A stretch of 64,000 bases of DNA from an uncultured Rickettsiales bacterium (lineage in GTDB: Bacteria > Myxococcota_A > UBA796 > UBA9615): positions 6,771 to 70,770 of the forward strand of contig CAZEKB010000023.1 in NCBI GenBank assembly GCA_964512225.1, written 5' to 3'. Under the pieces are notes generated by a model, which saw only the letters and a program-made list of their open reading frames with translations, was not told the origin of the DNA and made no database searches. Each line of letters begins with the position of its first letter. The first letter of the stretch is position 1. Of the stretch, positions 9,453 through 18,000 are shown piece after piece. A program made the position numbers and the translations under genes.

Positions 9453-10187
9453 GTGACCAGCTCCGACATCGACGGCAACCCCGCGCTCACCCTCGTCGTG
9501 CCCCTCCTGGACGAAGAGGGGAACGTCGAGTCCGTCGCCGAGGATCTCCTGTTCGCGTTCCGCACCGCCGACATCCCGCTCCGGCTCCTGCTCGTCGACA
9601 ACGGCAGCAAGGACGGGACCCGCGCCAAGGTGCGGGTCCTCGAGGCGAACAACGACGAGGTCCGCGGCATCTACCTCGACGAGAACGCGGGGTACGGCGG
9701 CGGGATCCTCGCGGGCATGGCCGAGGCCGACACCCCGCTGCTCGGCTGGATGTGGGGCGACGCGCAGATCGAGGCGGGCGACGTGGTCCGCGTGTACCGG
9801 CGCCTCCTCACCGACAAGGCCGACCTCGCCAAGGCCCGCCGCGTCCAGCGCGTCGACGGCTGGCAGCGCAGCATCGTGACCCGCGTCTACAACCTCGCGA
9901 CCCTGTGGCTCTTCCACGTCCCCAGCGTCGATACCAACGGCTGCCCCAAGATCTTCACCCGCGCCGCGTGGGAGGAGCTGGCCCCGAAGTCCACCGACTG
10001 GTTCCTCGACCCCGAGGTCATGATCGGCTACGGCCGCAAGGGCCTGAAGCTGGCCGAGGTCGACGTCCTCGCGAAGCCGCGGACCAAGGGCGTCAGCAAG
10101 GTGGGCACCGGCACCGTCGCCGAGTTCATCGTCAACCTGCTGCGCGCCCGCGCCAAGGTGAACAAGGGCGAGGCGGACCTGCGGTGA
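9453..10187 (+). CDS. GT2 family polyprenol-phosphate sugar transferase (DPM1/GtrB/ArnC-like)
   Basis: LTLVVPLLDEEGN…LLLVDNGSKDGT…ENAGYGGGILAGM…R.DGWQRSIVTRVYN…VDTNGCPKIFTR. A GTG start at about 9453 is inferred from the domain boundary; the 255 nt of tool ORF upstream of it is Arg-rich. The stop overlaps the rfbF start (GTGA). Confidence 0.7.
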   Translation: MTSSDIDGNPALTLVVPLLDEEGNVESVAEDLLFAFRTADIPLRLLLVDNGSKDGTRAKVRVLEANNDEVRGIYLDENAGYGGGILAGMAEADTPLLGWMWGDAQIEAGDVVRVYRRLLTDKADLAKARRVQRVDGWQRSIVTRVYNLATLWLFHVPSVDTNGCPKIFTRAAWEELAPKSTDWFLDPEVMIGYGRKGLKLAEVDVLAKPRTKGVSKVGTGTVAEFIVNLLRARAKVNKGEADLR

Positions 10188-10978
10188 GCGATCCGCGCGT
10201 CGTCATCCTCTGCGGCGGGCAGGGGACGCGCCTCCGCGAGGAGACCGAGTACCGCCCCAAGCCCATGGTCAGCGTCGGCGGGCGGCCCCTGCTGTGGCAC
10301 ATCATGCGGATCTTCGCCCACCAGGGCCTGGACAGCTTCGTGCTGTGCCTGGGCTACAAGGGCGAGATGATTCGGGATTACTTCCTGAACTACCGCGAGC
10401 AGACCGCCGACGTCACCGTCAAGTTCGGCCGCGACGGTCGCAACAACGACCTCACCTTCCACGCCCCCCACGACATCGAGGGCTGGGAGGTCACCCTCGC
10501 GGACACCGGGGCCCTCACCCAGACCGGCGGCCGCATCCACCGCGTGCGCGACTACCTCGGCGACGGCCCCTTCCTCATGACCTACGGCGACGGCGTCGCC
10601 GACATCGACATCCAGGCGCTGCTCGCCCACCACCGGGCCTCGGGCAAGCTCGCCACCGTCACCGGCTTCCGCCCCCTGTCGCGCTTCGGGGTCATGGAGC
10701 GGGACGGCGACGGCAACGCGGTGGGGTTCCGGGAGAAGCCCCGGATGAAGGACTGGATCTCCGGCGGCTTCTTCGTCCTGGAGCGCGGGGTCCTCGACTA
10801 CCTCGACGACGAGTGCGTCTTCGAGCGCGAGCCCCTGAGCCGCCTCGCCGCCGACGGGCAGCTCGCCGTGTACACCCACGAGGGCTACTGGCAGTCGATC
10901 GACACCTACCGCGAGTACCTCGACATGAACCGCCGGTGGGACGCCGGCGACCGGCCGTGGGCGGTGTGGGAGCGATGA
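10184..10978 (+). CDS. rfbF: Glucose-1-phosphate cytidylyltransferase
   Basis: VSDPRVVILCGGQGTRLREETEYRPKPMVSVGGRPLLWHIMRIFAHQG… The alignment to RfbF/DdhA is strong. GTG start overlaps the GT2 stop. Confidence 0.9.
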   Translation: MSDPRVVILCGGQGTRLREETEYRPKPMVSVGGRPLLWHIMRIFAHQGLDSFVLCLGYKGEMIRDYFLNYREQTADVTVKFGRDGRNNDLTFHAPHDIEGWEVTLADTGALTQTGGRIHRVRDYLGDGPFLMTYGDGVADIDIQALLAHHRASGKLATVTGFRPLSRFGVMERDGDGNAVGFREKPRMKDWISGGFFVLERGVLDYLDDECVFEREPLSRLAADGQLAVYTHEGYWQSIDTYREYLDMNRRWDAGDRPWAVWER

Positions 10979-11958
10979 GCTTCTGGGGCGGACGCTCGGT
11001 CCTCGTCACCGGCGCGAGCGGCCTCCTGGGCGGCGCCCTCGTGCCCGCGCTCCTCGATCGGGGCGCCCGCGTCTCCGTGCTGCTGCGCGACGACGTGCCC
11101 GACTGTCGCCTCGTGCGATCGGGGGACATCGACCGCGTCATCCGCGTCCGGGGAGACATCACCCGCGTCGAGGAGGTCGAGCGCGGCCTCGCCGAGCGCG
11201 AGGTCCAGGTCCTCTTCCACCTCGCCGCCCAGGCCATCGTGGGCACCGCCCGTCGGTCGCCCTGGCAGACCTTCGAGTCCAACGTCCGCGGCACGTGGAA
11301 CGTCCTCGAGGCGGCCCGCCGGGTCGGGACCTGCCGCAGCATCGTCGTGGCGAGCTCGGACAAGGCCTACGGCCCCAGCGACGACCTGCCGTACCGCGAG
11401 ACGCACCCCCTCGCGGCCGTCGGCCCCTACGACGCCAGCAAGGCCATGACCGACATCGCCGCGCAGTCCTACGCCGCGACGTACGACCTCCCGCTGACCA
11501 TCGTGCGCGCGGGCAACCTCTACGGCCCCGGCGACCTGCACTGGAACCGGCTCATCCCCGAGATGATCCGCGCCCGGCTGAGCGGGGAGACGCCGGTGCT
11601 CCGCTCGAGCGGCCACGCCACCCGCGACTGGCTCTTCGTGGACGACGCCGTGGACGCCTACGTGCGCCTCGCCGAGCGCTCCGGCGACGCGGACGTCCGG
11701 GGCCAGGCCTTCAACGTCGCCCCCGGGGAGCCCGCGTCGGTGCTCGCCGTCTGCCGGGCGATCGACGACGCCCTCGGCATCCACGAGCCGCCCCACGACG
11801 TCCGGGGCACCGCCGAAGCAGACGGCGAGATCCCCGACCAGTCCCTCGATCCGAGCAAAGCCGAGCGGCTCCTGGGGTGGCGCGCCGCGACGGACCTGCA
11901 GGCGGGCATCGCCGCCACCGTCGACTGGTATCGGGCGCTGCTGACCCCGACGCCGTAG
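10975..11958 (+). CDS. rfbG: CDP-glucose 4,6-dehydratase
   Basis: SVLVTGASGLLGGAL…YDASKAMTDIAA… (SDR extended fold, YxxxK). ATGA overlap with rfbF. Confidence 0.9.
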   Translation: MSFWGGRSVLVTGASGLLGGALVPALLDRGARVSVLLRDDVPDCRLVRSGDIDRVIRVRGDITRVEEVERGLAEREVQVLFHLAAQAIVGTARRSPWQTFESNVRGTWNVLEAARRVGTCRSIVVASSDKAYGPSDDLPYRETHPLAAVGPYDASKAMTDIAAQSYAATYDLPLTIVRAGNLYGPGDLHWNRLIPEMIRARLSGETPVLRSSGHATRDWLFVDDAVDAYVRLAERSGDADVRGQAFNVAPGEPASVLAVCRAIDDALGIHEPPHDVRGTAEADGEIPDQSLDPSKAERLLGWRAATDLQAGIAATVDWYRALLTPTP

Positions 11959-12624
11959 TCAGAACAAGCTGCCTTGCGCCTCCGCGGCTACGATCCGTCG
12001 GGCCGTCTCCCACTTGGTGCGCACGCACGCCGGCCACGCCCGGTTCTCCGCCCACCGCTTCTTCAGGAACGCCACGGTGTGCGGGTCGCCCGGGTAGCCG
12101 GACCCCAGGGGCTCCCCTTCGAACGCCTCGATGCGGCGCAGCTCCGCGTCCCGGTGGACCTTCGCGAAGATCGACGCCGCCGAGCAGCACGGGTGGGTGT
12201 CGTCGGCGCCGTTCTCGGCCACGATCACCATCCCCCACACCCCGCGCGCGCTCAGCCGGATCGTGATGTCTTCGACGTACCCGGGGATCTGCTTCGGCGG
12301 GACCGGCGCGTCGAGCACCAGGATGTCCGGCCGCAGCTCCACCGCGAGGTCGACGATCACCTCCTTGCCGAGCACGTTCAGCGACTTGCTGTCCAGGATG
12401 GCGGGGGACAGCTCGACCACCCGGTGCGCGAGGATCGTCTCCGACATCGCGAGCGCCTCGTCGCGCAGCCTGACGCGCTTGTCCGCCGGGACCTTCTTGC
12501 TGTCCCGGAACCCGGCCGTGCGGAGCCGCTTCTCGCGGGTCGCGTCCACGAGGCAGGCCCCGAAGACCATCGGCCCCAGGACGCAGCCGCGCCCCGCTTC
12601 GTCGATCCCCAACCGTGTCGCCAT
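11959..12624 (-). CDS. rnhB: Ribonuclease HII
   Basis: MATRLGIDEAGRGCVLGPMVFG… DEAGRG is the catalytic motif. 221 aa. The exact start is ±1 nt because of an indexing ambiguity. Confidence 0.9.
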   Translation of the reverse strand: MATRLGIDEAGRGCVLGPMVFGACLVDATREKRLRTAGFRDSKKVPADKRVRLRDEALAMSETILAHRVVELSPAILDSKSLNVLGKEVIVDLAVELRPDILVLDAPVPPKQIPGYVEDITIRLSARGVWGMVIVAENGADDTHPCCSAASIFAKVHRDAELRRIEAFEGEPLGSGYPGDPHTVAFLKKRWAENRAWPACVRTKWETARRIVAAEAQGSLF

Positions 12625-12678
12625 GGGCGAAGGGTAGCGGCGCGCGGTAGAACCGGGGGCCCCGCCGGGAGGTTCTTC

Positions 12679-15006
12679 ATGTCCGTTCGCGCCGTCCTCG
12701 CCCTCGCCGCCGTCGCCGTCCTCGCCGCGTGCCCCCCCGAGCCCGCCCCGACCGACGACGACGACGCCGCCCTCGACGACGACGACATGTACGAGGAGCT
12801 CGGCATCCCCGACGACCGGGGCATGGCCGTCCCGTTCCTCGGGGAGGAGCCGACCCTCTCCGTATTCCCCGCGCGCCCCCACTCCGAGATGGAGGTCGCG
12901 ATGGTCCTGGACCTCGAAGGCGCCGTCTCCGCGACGCTCGACGTCTCCGGCCCCGGCTGCGGCGGCTTCCGCCCCCTGTCCGGCGAGCTCCCCCTCGAGC
13001 AGACCGCCCTCGCGGGCGCCCAGGGGGAGTGCTTCTTCAGCGCGCTCATCACCACGCCCGACGAGGACCTGATCGAGGAGGCGCGGTTCGTCGTCCAGCC
13101 CCTCGAACCGGACGTGCCCGACGTGGGCGTCGTGGGCGGCATCCTCCGGTACGACGCGTTCCCCGAGCCCTCCCCGGACGCGCCCCCCCTGACCACCCTG
13201 ACCGTGCCCGAGCTCGTCGACGTGCGGGAGCCCGTGGTGGTGAGCTTCGACCGCGACGAGGCCGCCGACGCCCGCGGGGTGCTGGTCGCCGTCGACGGAT
13301 ACGACGCCTGGTGGTACCTGCCCATCGAGGACCCGACCCTCTGGGACGCCTCCGTCGAGCTCGAGCTCGATCCCGAGCTGCTGAATCGCCTCGGCGAGCG
13401 CCTGAACGTCCAGATCCAGGTCGCCCTCCTCGTGGGCGTCGGCAGCCTCGTGACCCCGCCGCTGTCGCGCGCGCTGTCCGTCGGCGGGGTCCCGGGCGAG
13501 GTCGGGGTCGTCGTCGAGTGGGGCACGAACGCGGACATCGACCTGGTGGTGATCGGCCCCGACGGCGAGCGCGTCAGCATCGCCGGGAGCAACGGCCCGG
13601 GGACGCACAGCGGCGACCAGGGCTGCACCGGGTCCGCCCCCTACACCGAGACGATCTCCTGGGCCCCCGGGGTCTCGCTGCCCGGCGTCTACGACGTCGA
13701 GGTGCAGGTCACGAACGACTGCGACTACTTCTTCACCCCGGTCACCCTGTCGATGGTCTTCTGCGGGGCGGGCTCGCCCACCGTCGAGCAGCTCGAGCTC
13801 GGCGTGACGGGGGGGATCCATCGGACCTCCTTCACCAGCGACTGCGAGGCCACCGTGAGCGGACGGGTGCGCTACCAGGACTTCCCGGTCACGACCGGGG
13901 GGTGGGGCGCGAGCAACATGCTCCCCGCGCGGAACGTGGACGTGGAGGCCGTGCGGGGGACGGACGGCGCGGTCCTGGGGCGGGCCACGACCGACGCGGC
14001 GGGCGACTACCGCATCGACTTCTTCAACGGCGGCGACCCCGCCTACACCGTGCGCGTCGTGGCCGAGCACGTGGGCCCCACCGTGTCCCAGCGCGTCCAG
14101 ACCAACGCGGGGAGCCTGTGGGTGTGGAACTCCGTCGATACCTTCGACAGCTCCGCGAACCCGGTCGAGACGGACGTCGACTTCGAGATCCTGGGCGTCG
14201 ATGGAGCCGCCGTCCTGAACATCTTCGACCAGGGCGTCACCCTCGCCGCCTACGCCCGCACCCTCTCCGGGCGACGGCCGTCGGACTCCACGTGGCACTG
14301 GACGTCGGGGCAGCTGGCCAACCACCTCAACGGGTTCGGCGGCGGCGGCTCCCACTACACCCGCGACAGCAACCTGTGGATCCGCGGCGCGTCGACCCAG
14401 GGCGAGATCAACAACGGCATCCCCAACAACACGGACGAGTGGGACGACACGGTGATGGCCCACGAGTACGGGCACTTCGTCGAGGACGACTACTCCATCG
14501 GGGACAGCCCCGGCGGCCAGCACTTCATCAACGGGTACTCCGACCCTCGCCTGGCGTGGAGCGAAGGCTTCGCCACCTGGTTCGGTCAGGCCGCGCTGGG
14601 CAGCCCGTGGTACCTCGACCGCGCCGGGAACGTGTGGTCGGTCCGCTACAACGCCGAGTCGGGCGGGGGCATGCCGCTGGGCAACAGCCCCGCGCAGCTG
14701 TCGGGTCAGGTGTGCGAGGCGGTCGTGACGATGATCCTGTGGGACCTCTTCGATACGACGAACGAGGTGTTCGACTCACTCCAGGGGCAGACGGCGGGCA
14801 TCTGGGCGTCGTTCGGCACGTACCTGCCGGGCGCGAACTTCGCGGACCGCGGCGTGGCGGGTCGCGACCTCGTGGACTTCGTGGACGGCCTGCGCTGCCT
14901 CGGCGCGATCGCCGACGGGACGGTCCTGGACGGCCTCACGGGCAACGTCCAGACCCGGCACCAGATGTCCTACGACTGGCCGGTGCTCGCCTCCTGCGTG
15001 CCCTGA
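12679..15006 (+). CDS. Secreted zinc metalloprotease lipoprotein (HExxH: MAHEYGHFVED), 775 aa
   Basis: GGGAGG SD 6 nt upstream of the ATG. N-terminus MSVRAVLALAAVAVLAAC (lipobox), then a poly-Asp stretch and the HEYGH zinc-binding motif. Confidence 0.75.
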   Translation: MSVRAVLALAAVAVLAACPPEPAPTDDDDAALDDDDMYEELGIPDDRGMAVPFLGEEPTLSVFPARPHSEMEVAMVLDLEGAVSATLDVSGPGCGGFRPLSGELPLEQTALAGAQGECFFSALITTPDEDLIEEARFVVQPLEPDVPDVGVVGGILRYDAFPEPSPDAPPLTTLTVPELVDVREPVVVSFDRDEAADARGVLVAVDGYDAWWYLPIEDPTLWDASVELELDPELLNRLGERLNVQIQVALLVGVGSLVTPPLSRALSVGGVPGEVGVVVEWGTNADIDLVVIGPDGERVSIAGSNGPGTHSGDQGCTGSAPYTETISWAPGVSLPGVYDVEVQVTNDCDYFFTPVTLSMVFCGAGSPTVEQLELGVTGGIHRTSFTSDCEATVSGRVRYQDFPVTTGGWGASNMLPARNVDVEAVRGTDGAVLGRATTDAAGDYRIDFFNGGDPAYTVRVVAEHVGPTVSQRVQTNAGSLWVWNSVDTFDSSANPVETDVDFEILGVDGAAVLNIFDQGVTLAAYARTLSGRRPSDSTWHWTSGQLANHLNGFGGGGSHYTRDSNLWIRGASTQGEINNGIPNNTDEWDDTVMAHEYGHFVEDDYSIGDSPGGQHFINGYSDPRLAWSEGFATWFGQAALGSPWYLDRAGNVWSVRYNAESGGGMPLGNSPAQLSGQVCEAVVTMILWDLFDTTNEVFDSLQGQTAGIWASFGTYLPGANFADRGVAGRDLVDFVDGLRCLGAIADGTVLDGLTGNVQTRHQMSYDWPVLASCVP

Positions 15007-18000
15007 GGCGCGGCCGCGCCGGGCGGCGACGGCGGCTTCGGCGACTCCGGCCAGCTCCAGATGCCGCCCGACCGGAACTGCTCCCAGCCCCAGCGGAGCC
15101 ACCGCAGCAGGCGTGAGGCCAGCCACAGCGCCCACAGCAGCATCGCCACGCGCCACACCCAGATCGGCAGCCACAGGACGCCCGGCCGGGGGAGCTCCCC
15201 GCCGCTGGTGTCCGTGAACCACTGCAGGACGTTGCCCCAGCTCCCGCCCCCGGCGACCCCGAGGTCGGGCTGCAGCACGAGGCCCGCGTAGACCCCGGCG
15301 TAGAGCACGCCGAGGGCGCCGATCGTGAGGCCGAGGATCACGAGCTGCCCGAGGTCGTGCAGCGCCCACTCGTCGGGCTTGCGACGCCCGCGCAGGGAGA
15401 GCGCGATGAGCCAGAGCACGAGCACGCTCGACGCCGCGGGCGGCACCTGGGTGAGTCCGAGCCCGAGGAGGAACCAGTCCACGCCCGAGAGCGGGGTCGG
15501 CGCGTAGCGAGCGAGCAGGAACGCGATCAGGAACAGCAGCAGGATGTACTGCCACACCGTCACGACGGGCCCCCAGGCCGGCCCCCAGGTCCACAGCACC
15601 CAGCGGTGATCGGGCAGCGTCCACTGGATCTGGACGTTCGCGGCGTCCTGGCCGATGTCCACGGGCGGCGCGGACTGCACGAACCCCGACGCCACCGGCA
15701 GGCCCCACTCCACGTACAGCTCGGTGGCCCCCGGCTCGATCGCGAATACGAGCCGGTCCCCCTCGGGCTGCGCCGGGTGGTCCCGGCCGTTGAGCCGGAA
15801 CGTGCGGAGCATCGCCCCCGGCGGCAGCGTCAGCGACTGCTCTCCGCCCTGGCTCGAGCGCAGCGACACCGTGATGTTCGCCTCCTGGAGGCGACGCCCC
15901 GACGTCAGGTTCATGAGGACGGTGTCGACGGTGGTCGTGGCGCCCTCGGCGGGGGTCGGGCGCGCCAGGCCCAGCGTCAGCGTCTCCCCGGGCCACGGCT
16001 GCCACCGGGGCAGCCATCGCCCCTCGGCGAGGTGCCGCGTGGGCGCCAGCCCTTCGGCGGCGCACGACCAGATCGGGGAGCAGTCGAGGCTCCAGACCTC
16101 GGTCCAGGGGCGGTCGGTCGGCGCCGTGAGCTCGAGGCGCTCGGTCTCGGCGAGCGTCGAGTCCCAGGCCCGCGCGGTCTCCCCGGGCTCCAGGGCCACG
16201 ACGGCGACGTCGCCCTCCTGGACGATCCCCGGCGTCGTCACGGACTCGCCCGGCAGCAGCGGGACGCGCAGCAACACCGCCCGGTTCCCTCCGCCGAGGC
16301 GCAGCACCTGGTTGTGGACGAGCCACGGGACGCCCAGGTCGAGCTCGCGATGGATCTGCAGCCACGGCGGCAGCTCGGCGTTCTCTTCCGCCGACGTCCC
16401 TTCGAGGGCGTCGTCCAGGGGGCGGCTCCGCGACAGCTGCACGGCGCCCGGGGGCGCGGCGTCGGGCCGGTGGCCGGCGAGCGTCCAGCCGTCGCCCTTC
16501 CAGGTGAGCACGCGCGGCGGCGCCGGGAACTGCAGGGCCACCTCGTCGCGGGCGGGGCCCGACAGCTCGATGCGGTGGACGCCCGCGGGCACGCGCATCA
16601 CCAGGAACCCCGAGGCGTCGCGGTGGAGCGCCACCACGTCTCGTCCGTCGAGGCGGACGCGCGCCGGGGCCCACGCCGAGTCGGGACCGGGCAGCCGCCA
16701 CGGCGCCAGGGCCGCGGCGTGCACGTCGGCCACGAGGGTGAGCCCGGCCGCGTCGGCGCGCAGCTCCAGCTCGGCGCTCTGCACGCAGTTCGGCTCGCAG
16801 GCGGGCCGCTTCACGAGGTGGTCGCGGAGCTCGGCGAGGAGCTCGGGGGAGGGGGCCTGCGCCGCGGCGACCCCGGGCAGGGCGGGGAGCGCGAGGGCGA
16901 GCAGCAGGACCAGCGGTCCCATCCTCGGCAGCGTGCCGTGGGAGATCGTCAGCTCGTCCTCGTCGGTGTCGGTCTCGGGGTCGTCGCCGCCGTCGGGGTC
17001 GTCGTCGCCGTCGGGGTCGTCGTCGCCGTCGGGGTCGTCGTCGCCGTCGGGATCGGGCTCCGGCTCGGGTCCCGGCTCCGGCTCGGGCTCGTCGTCCGGC
17101 TCGTCGTCCGGCTCCGGGTCGGGGGGCACGGTCCCCGTGCGACGCGGGTCGCCCAGGAGGAGCAGGAGGAGGATCGCTCCCGCCACCCGGGCGAGCCCCA
17201 GGGCGCCGTTCGTCCCGGGCCCCAGCAGCGTGAGGCGGATCGTGTGATCGGCCGACACCGGCCCGTTCCAACGGAGCTCGTGCCGCTCCCAGACCCACCG
17301 CGGCAGCCCCGGCCCCGTCTGCACGACGGCCTGGGGATCGAGCCGCGCCGCGCGCTTGCCCCAGCCGATCGAGCTCTCGGAGTACCCGTAGCTCGCCCCC
17401 GCCTTTCCGGGCGGCGGGCTCTTCGGCCTCTGCTTCTTGTAGGCGTCGACGTTGGCCTGGATCACCTTCTGCTCGTGCTGCAGGTCCTCCTCGGCGACCT
17501 GGCTCATCACGTCGCCGCCCGCGTCGCCCAGGGTGTAGTCGTAGCTGTTCATGGCGCCCGCGCCGTCGCGGTCGAGCTGCGGGAAGAACGCCGCGCGGCT
17601 CGCCTCCCACGAGAACACGACGACGTTGACCGCGAGGCTGAACACCACGGCCCAGCGGACCCAGTGGACGAGCCTCCCGAACGGGCCCGCGGGGAGGACG
17701 CGCAGCAGGCCGAGCAGGGCGAGCAGCGTGATCCAGGCGAACTTCGGGGCGTCCGGCTCCTGCCAGGACAAGGCGAGAACGACCAGCGCGATCGCCCCCC
17801 AGCCGCGGGACGTGAGGCGGCCCACCGCGAGGGCGATCAGCAGCACGAGGAAGAGGTCCATCAGCGTCCATCGCTCGAGCCAGGACCGGGACGCTTCGTC
17901 GACCCCGCTCGCCGCGAGCAGGCGCCAGCCGGGGGGCAGGTGCAGGCTCGCCCGGAGGCTGCGAGCGTCGCGGTTCCACCCCACCGCGGGGAGGGTCGCG

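Noticed and set aside
8462-10183. 5' extension of the rfbF ORF and 9198..9452 extension of the GT2 ORF
   Set aside because: The upstream portions are Arg-rich and antisense to the methyltransferase gene. The catalytic domains begin at overlapping GTG starts consistent with translational coupling.
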